Positions 31,312 to 48,124 of a stretch of DNA of 64,000 nt are shown here, one piece after another. Origin of the DNA: the human T2T-CHM13v2.0 reference genome, Homo sapiens. Below the pieces are notes generated by a model. That model did not search any database, was not told the DNA's origin, and saw nothing but the letters and a program-made list of their open reading frames with translations. Every line of letters begins with the position of its first letter. The first letter of the stretch is position 1. The DNA lies in assembly GCF_009914755.1 (NCBI RefSeq), contig NC_060929.1. The stretch is one strand, 5' to 3'. The position numbers were made by a program, and so were the translations under genes.

Positions 31312-31858
31312 GTACGTGGTATTTGGAAGAGCAAAACCGCGCCATCTCGCTATCTGGAGATCGAATTATGGGTAACCCCCAAGTACTGGGACCAGGAAGG
31401 ACTCGATATCGAATCCTAGGTAGACCTTATCGGGGAAGCGGCCAGGCCAGGCCTGCAAGGTCCTGAAGGGAGGTTGGGCCTGGGTGGTGGTTTACTTGAG
31501 ACCTTAGTGTAAGATTCTTTTCTCAGTGTGGTGAGACAAGAAGAGGCGGCAGTATGGGAGTTGGGAGGGATCTTGGAGTTGGAAATCCTATTTCTCTGCC
31601 CGTGGCGCTTTCCTGGGGTGCAATAAATCATGAGGTCCATTCCTGCTAGAAGGCAGGAATCCAGGTCAGTCAGATGGCGGGAGTTGGAATTTGCCCTGGG
31701 ATGGGCCCTTAACTCTGGTTTGAACCATAGCACATACCACCCTGCAAGGTTACGGGAAGGCGTGGCCTCTCTAGGCCCGGAGCCTCCAAATGGGAATCCC
31801 CTCGGGCAGTCTCTTAGGGGCAAGCTTCTGAGGGTCACCTTCACCCTGACACCTGCAG

Positions 31859-32084
31859 CAAACATGTCTTGACGGAAGACATAGTACACCGGGAGGTGAC
31901 CCCTGACCAGAAACTGCTGTCCCGGCGACTCCTGACCAAGACCAACAGGATGCCACGCTGGGCCGAGCGACTATTTCCTGCCAATGTTGCTCACTCGGTG
32001 TACGTCCTGGAGGACTCTATTGTGGACCCACAGAATCAGACCATGACTACCTTCACCTGGAACATCAACCACGCCCGGCTGATG
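31859..32084 (+). CDS. PRELID1: PRELID1 exon 2 (PRELI/MSF1 domain)
   Basis: (S)KHVLTEDIVHREVTPDQKLLSRRLLTKTN...WNINHARLM; AG/GT flanks. Confidence 0.97.
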
Positions 32085-32428
32085 GTGAGACACCTCCTGT
32101 TGTGATTCTGCACCTCCCCCTCTCCCCTCCCCCCGAGATAGAGAGCTCCTCAGATACATGTGGCTAGAGAGCCATAAGGCAGCTTTTGTGGCCGGAGGCA
32201 GGTCTGGGTTACTGAGGGTTGACAGCTGTAGAGTATGACCTCAGGTTTTCTTCTTTTCAGCTGGCCATCCTCTCTGGACCTGTCCTTTGACTCATTCATA
32301 CAGTGGGGGAGGGGTACCTATCTTACGGAGTTGTCCTAAGTTCTAAATGCAAAGCGCTCCCATCTGGCATCTATGGCACAGATATATGTTGGACTCACAG
32401 GAGTGATGCTGAGTGGCGGAGGCAGTGC

Positions 32429-32738
32429 TTTTCTTTTTTTTTTTTCTGTTTTTTGTTTTTTTCTGGTGACAAGAGTCTCACCCAGGTTGGAGTGTAGTGA
32501 CATGATCTCACCTCACTGCCACTGCCACCTCCTGGGTTTAAGCAATTCTCGTGCCTCAGCCTTCTGAAGAGGTGGATTTCTAAGCACACACCACCACGCC
32601 TGGCTAATTTTTGTATTTTTAGTACAGACAAGGTTTTACCATGTTGGCCAGGCTGGTCTCGAACTCCTAACCTCAAGTGATCCGCCCGCCTCGGCCTCCC
32701 AAAGTGCTAAGATTACAGGCGTGAGCCACCGCGCCGGG
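32429..32738 (-). mobile_element. Alu in PRELID1 intron 2
   Basis: Antisense Alu motifs. Confidence 0.9.
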
Positions 32739-33104
32739 CAAATGTTTTTATTTGGACTGTCAGGAAGCTCCAGAGCTGCAGCTGGTGGAAGGCGGCTAAA
32801 ACACTGCATGCGTCTAGATGCACAAAACAAAATCCAGGAGCAGGATGGGCTGGAAGGCCCTTTGTTGATCTCAAGAGAGAGACCTTTTGCCTTCTAGTTT
32901 AAGAGTCAGAAGAGAGGTTTTCGAGAGCAAAACGACCTTATTTATGGCTTCTTGTTCTGTCAGTGCCACTTGGAGGTGCAGTCAGGGGAAGGAATGGATT
33001 TTCATTGTATTGCTTCGCCTCATGAAAAGTGACAGGGAGTCAGATTTATGTGCAAGTTGGCAAAATGAAAGACTGTTCCACGATTGTGGTTGGCCTCTGC
33101 ATAG

Positions 33105-33218
33105 GTGGTGGAGGAACGATGTGTTTACTGTGTGAACTCTGACAACAGTGGCTGGACTGAAATCCGCCGGGAAGCCTGGGTCTCCTCTAGCTTATTTGGT
33201 GTCTCCAGAGCTGTCCAG
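33105..33218 (+). CDS. PRELID1: PRELID1 exon 3
   Basis: VVEERCVYCVNSDNSGWTEIRREAWVSSSLFGVSRAVQ. Confidence 0.97.
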
Positions 33219-33331
33219 GTGAGCAGTGTTGTTGGGGCTGCTGGGGCTCTGGGACCCAGTGCTTTCGGTGTTGGGGCTGGGCTGGGGTCAGTGGGCAACT
33301 CAGTATCCTTCCCATTCTCATCTCATGCCAG

Positions 33332-33410
33332 GAATTTGGTCTTGCCCGGTTCAAAAGCAACGTGACCAAGACTATGAAGGGTTTTGAATATATCTTGGCT
33401 AAGCTGCAAG
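33332..33410 (+). CDS. PRELID1: PRELID1 exon 4
   Basis: EFGLARFKSNVTKTMKGFEYILAKLQ; donor gtgagt. Confidence 0.97.
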
Positions 33411-33655
33411 GTGAGTTTCTGGGTATGTGGATATTCCTCATAGGGAGAGGCTCATTCAGCCTAGCGGGCGTGGAGTCTGGGTTAGTCATTGCCCTGCTCT
33501 GAGCTGGGACTCCTTGTCTGTACTGGGGGTGGGAGGAGGGTGAATACCACCTTTTTAGTGGAGCCTGGCCCAGAGGAGATTGGTGTCATGGGGGAGGGAA
33601 ATTAGGTTGGTCTTTCAGGCATCTTCTAAAGGCAGCCACCTGCCGTTCGCGACAG

Positions 33656-33804
33656 GCGAGGCCCCTTCCAAAACACTTGTTGAGACAGCCAAGGAAGCCA
33701 AGGAGAAGGCAAAGGAGACGGCACTGGCAGCTACAGAGAAGGCCAAGGACCTCGCCAGCAAGGCGGCCACCAAGAAGCAGCAGCAGCAGCAACAGTTTGT
33801 GTAG
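33656..33804 (+). CDS. PRELID1: PRELID1 exon 5 coding part (LEA-like helix, Q6)
   Basis: (G)EAPSKTLVETAKEAKEKAKETALAATEKAKDLASKAATKKQQQQQQFV*; exons sum to 660 nt = 219 aa + stop. Confidence 0.97.
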
Positions 33805-33877
33805 CCAGTCTACCACCACCACAGCACCCCAGACAGCTAGGCTTAGCCCCTCTGCCCTCCCTTCATTGTACTTTATC

Positions 33878-34168
33878 ATTAAAAATCAACTTCCAGCCCT
33901 GTCTGCTGTCTACGTGGTGGGTTGTGGGGATGCAGTTTGGCATCTGCAGTACACCAAGCACATGATTCATGTCTGAGCCAGGTCTGCTTATTCTCCCATT
34001 GGGCAGCTGAGGACCGAGGCACAGAGGTGCGGTGACTTGCCCGGGGCTCCAGGTAGCCTGCAGGTTAACTGGCGGTAAGTGCTAGACTGTAAGCCCGACA
34101 AGGGCAGGGCTTTTGGTTTTGTTCTCTGATGTGTCTCAGTATCTAGCACATAATAGACACTCAATAAA
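33878..34168 (+). terminator. PRELID1 tandem poly(A) signals
   Basis: ATTAAA 33878-33883 and AATAAA 34163-34168. Confidence 0.75.
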
Positions 34169-34183
34169 TACTTGTTGAATTCA
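34075..34183 (+). mobile_element. L2 LINE 3' end fragment
   Basis: ctagactgtaagccc...ggcaggg...tctagcacataatagacactcaataaatacttgttgaat is the typical L2 tail. Confidence 0.75.
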
Positions 34184-34189
34184 GTTGGC

Positions 34190-34376
34190 CCCAGCTCTGG
34201 AGTCGGAAGGCTCTGGTTTGAATCTTGGCTTCACTGTTTTTGGACCTCAGGCGAGTCACGTCACTCAGCCTCATTTCTACCATCCGTGAAGTGGAGACAG
34301 AACAGCCTCAAGTTGTGAGAATTAAGTGCACTGCCTGGCACGGCCAACAGTGTCAGTGATGGGAACTGATATTATT
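34190..34376 (+). mobile_element. MIR SINE
   Basis: ctctggagtc...ggtttgaatcttggcttcact...cctcatttctaccatccgtgaagtggaga...gcctggcac...attatt. Confidence 0.65.
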
Positions 34377-34429
34377 TCCTCTTCCAGTGGGTCTGTGGTT
34401 GGGAGTTCCCCCGTTTTCATTAGGCAAGA
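34353..34429 (-). CDS. MXD3: MXD3 alternative last coding exon (193-aa form)
   Basis: Acceptor ttcccgtccatag|TC in phase with exon 5 donor; VLPNENGGTPNHRPTGRGNNISSHH*. Confidence 0.65.
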
Positions 34430-34457
34430 CTATGGACGGGAAGTTATGAAAGAGGCT

Positions 34458-34463
34458 TTTAAT
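34458..34463 (-). terminator. MXD3 proximal poly(A) signal ATTAAA
   Basis: tttaat on +, with TGTA just upstream on the minus strand. Confidence 0.7.
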
Positions 34464-34821
34464 GAAAATACTGTACAGTTTATGTGAGGCAAAGGCAGGG
34501 GGCCTTGTCCAGGAAGGGAAGAGGCCCAAGAGGCTTCCTGTCCCCTTGGGGGCAGCAGAGCCAAATGCTTGGGCTCGGGCCCAAGCTGCCTGCCCTGCAG
34601 GGGTCCAGGGAGGTCCTGATGAGTCCTGCCCCTTCCCTTCCAGAGGGCCTGCCTGGCAGCCAGCAGCAGGGTGTTTGGGGAGCACCTGTTCCCACACAAG
34701 GGTCCTTTTAGTCCATTCCAACAGGTGACTCCGAGCAGCCCTGAAGGCTTGGGGAGGGCTCCTGCCTGGCAAGTGGGCCTGGCACGAGTAGAGGGCAGAG
34801 GCCCGCCCTGGGTGAGGAACA

Positions 34822-34937
34822 TCATAGCCAGGCGCCGCCGCCGTGCGAGTAGCTGTGCTCCTGGCCGGCGACGAAGCCCCGCAGCAGCTCGGCCTCACCC
34901 CCAAACACCAGGCTCTCCACATCCACCTCCAGCTCCT
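34822..34937 (-). CDS. MXD3: MXD3 exon 6 coding part
   Basis: (E)ELEVDVESLVFGGEAELLRGFVAGQEHSYSHGGGAWL*. Confidence 0.96.
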
Positions 34938-35014
34938 CTGCGCGGGGAGGGGTCCGGTCAGAAGACCTGGCTCGCCCCGAGGGCCACACAACCCCTCAGC
35001 CTCGGGGCACTCAC

Positions 35015-35906
<892 letters not shown>

Positions 35907-37659
35907 CCCCATTTCTTTACGAGAAGCTAGCTGGAAAGTCAGATTTTTCATGTCAAATGTCTTTTGAGGGATTGACAGCTAATTTAAATTTTTAGAAAAC
36001 TAGAGAACAAACAAAGGCTACCAGTCTGTAGCTCCTGGTCACGATCCCTACAAGAGCGAGAGCGTGAAGGCGTTAGCACCCTCCCTCCCATACCCCTACC
36101 TCCCGCCAAGCTCTGCCAGCCCTGAAGTTCCAAGGACTGGAAGGCCAAGGGCTCTCCCAGGCGGAGCCCTCAGTGGGCAGAAGCTTACATTCGGTCATTC
36201 AACAAGAAGGGGAGAACTGGGCCATGGAGGCGTTTGGACTGGGCGTAGAAAGATAAGAGCTGCCGAGGCAAACACAGGGAGGAAGAAACGTCAAGACACA
36301 GCAGAGGGAGCCTGGGAAGAGCACAGAGCATTCAGCTTCTGTGGGGCACAGGGAGAGATGAGGCCAAAAGAGCAGCCTACTGGCAAGTCCTGGGTTATGA
36401 AGGGCCTTGAGTTTCACAGGAAGGAAGGGGAGCAGAGGCTTTGTCCTGTCAGGGGCCACTGGTGGGTTTTCAGCAGGAGATGGGCCTGGGTAGATAGGTG
36501 TGCTGCAGAGATCATTCTAGAGCAAAGTAGAAGACAGCCTGGTGGAGGCAAAACAGGTAACAGGAAGGCTGGGAGGAGGCCGGTGAATTAATCCAGGAGA
36601 GGGGTGATGGAGCCCCAGAGAAGGAGCACTGCCCAGGTCCTGCCCACAGGCCAGCCAGCCCCTGAGGGGCACACATCATCCATCCGAGAACCAGGCCAGG
36701 CAAGCTCCGTGTGAGAAACTGGGCCACTACCCAACCAGAGTGTTACTCAGCCACAATGATGGTAATAACAGACGCCGGGCGGCAGTGCAGCTGTTCCCGC
36801 AGCTGTGGTTTATTTACTAACAGCGCATAGGTCTTTGTGTGCCACAGCCCCCAGTGCCTAGAATAGGGCCTAGCAGAACCAGTGCTCAGTAAACACTTGT
36901 CAGAGGAGATAACGCAAGCCAGGGAACTGGGCATGGGTCCTGAATCTGCCGCCCATCAGCTGTGCAACTTGTTGGCCCTCAGCCTAGCTGTGCCTTCATG
37001 TATTCCTCTAGAGGGCAGGAAAAGTCCTGTGGTTTCCAAGGCCACTTCTGACATGGCCAGGGCCACCTGGGCCTTTATTCAGCACATCCACTCCTGTCCA
37101 CCAGGGGGCACTGAGCTCAGCCCCAGCAGCAGCAGGAGCCCTGGGAGGACCAGTGACTGGCGTCTTCTCAGTCCTTTCCCCTCCTGTCCCTGGAGCTGCC
37201 TCCCAGGTGGCACCAGGATAGACTGCCCATAACAGGAGGCCTTGAAGGTGAGAGGGGGAGAGCAAGGACCAACCCTCTACAGTCCCAAGGACCCCCACAT
37301 ACATCCCATCACAGAATTCAACAGCCATCCCCTCCCCTCAAACAGGAGGGAAGGTTAGTCCAGACAGGCTAAGTAACCTGCCCAAGGTCTCACAGCTGTG
37401 ATCTAAGTGATAACAGCTGTAACAGCAACAGTGAACATTTATAGAGTGAACTCATTTAAGCCTCAACAACCCTCTGAGTTATTGTCTGCTTTTCTTCCCA
37501 TTTAATGGATCTGGAAAGTAAAAGCTCAGAGAGCTGTCCTAAGTCACACAGTTCTTGAGCTCTGACCTCAGGTCTCGTTCCCCAGTCCCACCAGCCCCTC
37601 CATAGCACAGCCCTCCATACACCAGGGCAAGCCAGTCCGGGCGCAGTGGGGGGCCTCAC

Positions 37660-37774
37660 CTGGATGTGCATCCTGGCACGGCGCAGCAGGCTCAGCGTGG
37701 TGTACCGGGCACAGTCGGCCCCCAGGGGCATCTGCTGCTTCAGCCGCTCCAGGCACCGCTTCAACTGGGCCCTC
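37660..37774 (-). CDS. MXD3: MXD3 exon 4 (helix-loop-helix)
   Basis: [38 protein letters not shown]. Confidence 0.97.
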
Positions 37775-37901
37775 CTGTGGGGAAGAGGTCTGGAGGGCAG
37801 TGCCAGCCCCACCTTGCCGGCCACAGGAATGGCAGGGGAGGGAAGGCCAGAGGGCAGTGGCCCCTGGGGGCTGGCGCTGTCAGGGCAGGACTGGGACTCA
37901 C

Positions 37902-37931
37902 CTGCGCTTCTCCAGTTCATTGTGCACTGAC
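37902..37931 (-). CDS. MXD3: MXD3 exon 3, 30-nt microexon (basic region)
   Basis: (R)SVHNELEKR(R); ggcag| acceptor, gtgagt donor. Confidence 0.95.
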
Positions 37932-38612
37932 CTGCCAATGCCAGAGAGGATGGGGTGAAGGGGAATCAGCTACTGCCCATGCCCCAATCCCAGGGCCCCC
38001 AGTGGCTCAAGAGCCACTACAGATGTCTGCCCCAAACAAGTCCCCTGTGGAGAGCTCATGCTGGCCTCAGACACCAGAGTCCCCTGGCAGGGCGAGGGGA
38101 GTCAAAGACACACGGAGCCAAATGCTTAACAGAAGCCTGCCCAGGTGGGTATGAGGGCCCTAACAAGGGCGCCTGCCAGCTGGCCAGAAAGGACCTCCCA
38201 GAGGTGACAGCTAACTGCGGAAACAGATGTTTCCCAAGCCGGTACTGGAGGGAGGGGCATTCAAATAGGAGGGAACAGCATATGCAAAGGGCTGGGGAGA
38301 GGAGAGAAGAGGAGGAAGCCAGCGGGGGAGGTGAGTGGCCTGATGTGTGGGGTGCGGGAGTGCGAGTGGAAGCGGGACCCCAACTGCTGTTGGCAGTTCC
38401 CGGCACATCTAGAGGTGCTCAAGAAATAGTCCTTGAATGAATAGAAAGGTGTGAGTGTGTTTGGAGAGTGGGGAGATGGCAGGAGGGGTCTGAACGCTTC
38501 CTGGAGCGGGACACCTGGCCCAAAAGATGCAAGCAACAAGTGGGCAGAGGAGGGCCCGACCAGGGGCGGCGCCCACCCCCACCCCCACTCCCGCCGCCCC
38601 CGGCCTCCTCAC

Positions 38613-38718
38613 CGCCCGCTGTCCTGCGCGCCAGGAGCCTGGGGGGGTCGCTTCTTCCTCCTGTGGATGGGGCCTGGACTGCGATGCGGGCACAGGGACG
38701 CATAACCATGCTCGGCCT
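38613..38718 (-). CDS. MXD3: MXD3 exon 2
   Basis: (E)AEHGYASLCPHRSPGPIHRRKKRPPQAPGAQDSG. Confidence 0.97.
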
Positions 38719-38994
38719 CTGCCAGAGAGAGTCCCCGCCCGCGTCAGGCTGGGGCTGGACCTGGTCCCAGCGGCAGCCCCAGGCACAGCACGGTCAAGGA
38801 AAGGCTTTTGGCGCCAGGACCATTTCCCCCACCCGTCCCTGCTCTACCGCCCCGGGACTCCTCTCGAGTTGAGGGCGAGGCGCCCCGGGATTACTGTCCT
38901 AGGGCGGTGCATCCTTCAAGCTGGGAGCCAGGTCCAGTCCAGGCCCGTGTCAGCGAGGTCGCCGCCCGGAATTCAGCCAAGGGTCCTTCCTCAC

Positions 38995-39064
38995 CTCTCT
39001 CACGGCGCTCCAGGAACTCGGCCGCCTGCAGCAGGACCTGGATGTTGCTGGCCAAGGGTTCCAT
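38995..39064 (-). CDS. MXD3: MXD3 exon 1 coding part (SIN3-interaction domain)
   Basis: MEPLASNIQVLLQAAEFLERRER; exons sum to 621 nt = 206 aa + stop. Confidence 0.97.
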
Positions 39065-40454
39065 GTCGGCGACAGCTGGCGGCGGGCCGGCCTAGGGTGC
39101 CGGCCGGAGCAAGCGGCTGCAGCACTTTTGTTACAAAGTAACTGACACGGTGCAACAAACACAGGGGCCCGCCCCGCCCCCGGGACGCCCCGCCCGCGGG
39201 AACGCCCAGCCCTTGGCTCCGCCCCTCTGGAACCCGCCACGGAGCCGCAGCCCACCCTCCGGCAGCCGCCCCGCCCCGAGTGGTCTCAGACTTTCCAGGG
39301 GCAGGTAAGGGCGCTGGCTCCAGGCCTGGCCCTGGAGCGAACCCTCAGGCTAACCGGTGCTGCTTCTTGCCCGCCTCACTCATCCACCCACGCCGGCTCA
39401 TTGGCGTCTTTGATCTCAGCTTCCAGCCCCGTGCTAGTGACTAGCCCCCAACATAGCACGGCGCTCTGGGGGCCTGGTGGTCCCCTGAAAGCGCCGGGCC
39501 CAGCCGCTGCACGTGGGTGCCGCGGGGGCGGGGCCTCCGGCCGCCGCTCGCCCATTCGCACATGGCTTCTCAAGGATCGCTGTTGTCATCCTCGGGGCGG
39601 GGTCGGGGAGCCTCTGATGCCCTATTGGCTGGCGCTCTGCCCCGCCCTCTCCCGCCGCTGATCCACACGTTCGGGCGGGAAAAGAAGCAGGTTTCAAATT
39701 TGAAAACCCAAGCGATGGGGCGGGGTTGAGAGGGGAGCTGGGCCTCAATGCGCAGGCGCCGGCGGAGGGGCGGCGGACCCGGCTCCTGCCCTCCGGGGTC
39801 TGTCCCCAAGCCTGCCTGCCATCTGCCCCCGAAGGCCCCCGTGGGCCCCAGCTTCCTACTGTGTCGAATGGGAATAATATCTCGGCCCCCCTCCTCTTCT
39901 GTGAGGAAGCTGTTGTTGCTACGAAAACGTCAGTGGGGTAACAGCTTCCTCAGGCAGGCCATACCCTGGAGGCACGCGAAATGGCCTTTTCCGGGGCCTT
40001 GGGCTCTGGTATCCACGCAGTTGGGGTCCTCTCCTGTCACTGATGTCTCAGCTGTGTATGACTCAGGAGGTGACCTCCGTCTCTAAGCCTCAGGAGCCCT
40101 GCGACAGCGTTGAAGGATCAGAGCCAATGCCTCTGCGGTGCCCATGGCATGAAGGAGCCGCCCATCTCAAAGGCCAGTGCAACCAGACCGCGGCGTTTGC
40201 CTCCCAGGCAGCCCCTGCTTGCCTTACTCAGAGTCCATAAACCCTTCTTGCACCTGACTCTCCTAGCCGGCCGAAGGAGTGGCTGTGATGACTTCTAGCC
40301 TCAGCACCAGCAGGTGGGGCCACATCTGGGGACAGGAAGATGAACGCAGCTGTAGCAGGGTGGAGCATTGCTGCCAGCCACGGGCTGAGTCTGTGACTCC
40401 AGTAATCCCAAAATAGAGAGGGGAGGGAAGGTGGGAGGGATAGATGCTCTGTAA

Positions 40455-40844
<390 letters not shown>

Positions 40845-42439
40845 TGAAGTTTCTCTAAGAGTTGCTCACAGCGGAATAACTGCCCTGTCTAGGCAGACGA
40901 TCCATCTACCCAGCCGCCTGTCCTTAACTCACAAAATATTTGCTGAGCTCTCACTGGACACCAGGCGCTGTGCTGGGGGCTGGAGGACATACGATAGGCA
41001 AAATCATACAGGGTCCCTGCCCTTGCAGAGCTCATAGGCTTGAGAGGGAAAGACACCAATACAGTCGCAGGAAGGCGGAGGTCCAGCTGGACAGGTCCTC
41101 ACAGGGAGAGACCATGCCCCACAACACATTCTAAGGAACATTTGACCTAATTGGTGAGGCCAGAGAAGGCTTTACTGGGGAAATGGATGAAGAGGTGTTA
41201 TCTAAGTATAGGAGAGATGAAAGAATTATAGACAAAGGAACAGCACATGCAAAGGCCCTGGGGCTGAAAGGAGCATGGCAGGGGCGGTGTGGCTTACAGA
41301 GAGCAAATAGCCTGGTGCAGGCTGACACTGGAGAGGCTGCAGGGCCCAGAACATGCTGATGGGTTCCCCCAAACTCCCCCCTGCAATCAGCCATCTCTGA
41401 AGGAAGGAGCCGCAAGGGTTGTGAATGAATTTCCAATTTTATTTCACTAAAGTCAGCACCATGCAGTGCAGACACGAACCTACTCAGATGTCTGGGCCCT
41501 AGGTGGCCTGGCCTCCAGTCTGGGTGGGATAGGGGTGGGGAGGTTCTGAAGGAGGAGAATTTTCAGCAAAGGGAAAGAAGGAAGCATATGTGAGCTGAAG
41601 ACATGGCCAGGAGGTGGTGGGAGTCGGGGTGGGGCTGCAGAGGGGCTGGAGGGCTCATGTCAAGGAGTTTGGACTTCATCCTAGGAGCTGCAGAGCGGTT
41701 TTGAGCCAGGGACAGCATGTGGGCTGGGGTCAAGGCCACCGGCCAGGCCAGACAGGAACAATACCTCCCCAGGAACAGGATGGGACGGGGCATGGGGGGA
41801 TCCAGCCTGGACCAGCAGGGATCCTGCCCCAAGCCCTTGGATGTCCCCTGGGCCCCTGTGAGAAAATGCTAGAGCTAGTGGCCTCTAGGCACAGGACTGG
41901 ACAGAGGAGCTGCAGTGCCCCCCCAGCAGTGACCAGCCCAGATCCTCTGCCCTGGAGTCCGCAGGGTCCTGCGCTTCGCCCTGTGACCTCCTGCCTCCAC
42001 CAGCCCACTGTAACTGGGGTTCTGCTGCCTGTACTTGCAGTGCAGACTCTACCCGGGTCTATGGTCCTCTGGGCTCCAAGGACAGAGTCTGCATCTGTGC
42101 CCTGAGTGGAAGGGGAGAAGGGAGACCCCCCCGCCCCAGGCCTTTGTCCCAGTTAGGACCCCTTGAAGAGGGGAGCCAATCCTGGGCTCACCGTCCTCCT
42201 CCACTCCATGGACACTCCATGGTGCAGGAGGAGATGGCCCTGCGTTCCCCAGATCCCTTTCCCCTTCTCCCCTGCAAGGAAGAGTCATCGGGGGAGTCGG
42301 GAGCCTGGCTCCGACCCTGGAACCCTGCCCAGCCTCCTCCCTGGGCTGCCCGCAGCCTCCCCTCTCCCAGAGAGCAGCACTCCCCAGTCACAGAGCTAAC
42401 CAGGTCACGCCCCCACTGAAGGCCTCATGCCCCCGCTGA

Positions 42440-43159
<720 letters not shown>

Positions 43160-43863
43160 TAATTTTTTTATTTTTTGTAGAGATGGGGTTTCACCATGTT
43201 GGCCAAGCTGGTCTTGAACTCCTGACCTCAGGTGATTTGCCCCCCTCAGTCTCCCAAAGTGTTGGGATTACTGGCTTGAGCCACCGCACCCGGCCTGATT
43301 TGCATTTTTTCTAAGTCAGCTGAAAGTCTTATTTTTCCACTGGATATAATGTATTGTTATCCTCTATCTGCTTTTAATATTTTCTCTTCACCTTTGGTTT
43401 TCAACTGTTGGCTGTGACACGCCTGGGTGTGGTTTTCTTGGTGCTTGCCTTGCCTGGGGTGTCTTGAGCTTCTGCAAAAGTTTTCAGTTCTTATCTCTTC
43501 AAATATTTTTCCTGTCTTATTCTACCCATACTTCCCTACTCTAACCCCAATTTCATGTATGTTGCCCAACTTGGTAATATATGAAGGGTCTTACTTTGTT
43601 GCCCAGGCTGGAGTGCAGTGGTATGAACACAGCTCACTACAGCCTTGACCTCGCAGGCTCAGGTGATCCTCCTGCCTCAGCCTCCTGAGTAGCTAGGATT
43701 ACAGGTGTGCAACACCACGCCCAGCTAATTTTTTGTATTTTTTGTAGAGACAGGATTTTGCCATTGTTGCCCAGGCTGGTCTCAAACTCTTGAGCTCAAG
43801 CAATCCGTCTGCCTCGGCCTCCCAAAGTGCTAGGATTACAGGCATGAGCCACCTTGCCTGGCT

Positions 43864-46760
<2,897 letters not shown>

Positions 46761-46949
46761 GCCACAATCCAAGCTTGGCCCAATCTCAGGATCTGCCCTA
46801 TCACCATCTTTTGCCTTCATTGTTGCTACAGAGAACAATAGGATGGTATATTTAGCTTGTTTCTAGTTACTTTGCATTTCCTTATACGTCCAGTGAACTA
46901 ACTCCTTGGGAGTTGCATCCATCATTTCTAAAATTCATTATTAATTTTT

Positions 46950-47494
46950 GCCTCCACTAACTGATCACAGCACAGCTGCATTTCCATACCACAGTGAACT
47001 CATGGCCCTCCAGGAATCAAAGGTTCATCATACTCCATCCTCTCATCCAATTCCTAGAGATAGTAACTCACTCACTCACCTGCAAGCGTGCCGTGCCTTT
47101 CATATTCATACTAACCAATCCAGAGCCCATACCTTCCAACCACCTCCTTTACTGGGCTCTTACACGCTGCACCACTATCCCCCAGAGACTGGACAACTAG
47201 GGACATCCTACCCCAAACCCATTGAAATTATTCAAGCTAGGCAATCCTAGACCTGCTCACTCTGCCTCTCAGGTTCCTTCCTAAGCAAACCACAATAAAG
47301 GCTCTTGCCCCACAGTTCCCCTCCCTCCCTCTGCCCCCGACCAACACTGGTGCTTCCCCGTGTGGCCCGTGTTAGTGTGCGGTGCCGCCTGTTTCTAGGG
47401 AACTGTGAGTATAAGCTTCTTCCCACCATGGCAGTCATTTCTGTGTCTGTTACATCATATCTAAGGACAACAAATCCAAGGTGTCCTTACAACA
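46950..47494 (+). mobile_element. LTR16-like ERVL LTR
   Basis: accacaataaaggctcttgccc...ggtgcttccccgtgtggccc...ctagggaactgtgagtataa; ends in CA and is followed by a PBS; 5' boundary uncertain. Confidence 0.75.
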
Positions 47495-47496
47495 AC

Positions 47497-47514
47497 TGGC
47501 GCAGTGAGCAGGGT
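47497..47514 (+). other. Retroviral primer-binding site (tRNA-Ser-like)
   Basis: TGGCGCAGTGAGCAGGGT, 2 nt after the LTR end; complementary to a tRNA-Ser 3' end as I recall it, apart from one CpG>TpG change. Confidence 0.65.
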
Positions 47515-47614
47515 GGTTTGATGCCAGATGGAGATGGTATGTCCTCAAACTGCTCTTGGCTTACTAACTGGATCCACCAGGCAGTGGCCATTGCCTGGAA
47601 GGCAGCCCTGGTCA

Positions 47615-48124
<510 letters not shown>

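Larger units (their letters stand above)
38540..39990 (-). promoter_or_regulatory. MXD3 CpG island and promoter
   Basis: CpG-dense; GC boxes, CCAAT boxes (39400-39404, 39624-39628), E2F site 39673-39683, CHR hexamers 39693-39704. Confidence 0.85.

Noticed and set aside
38409-39255. Overlapping ORFs across MXD3 exons 1-2
   Set aside because: Alternative frames or antisense of real exons within a CpG island
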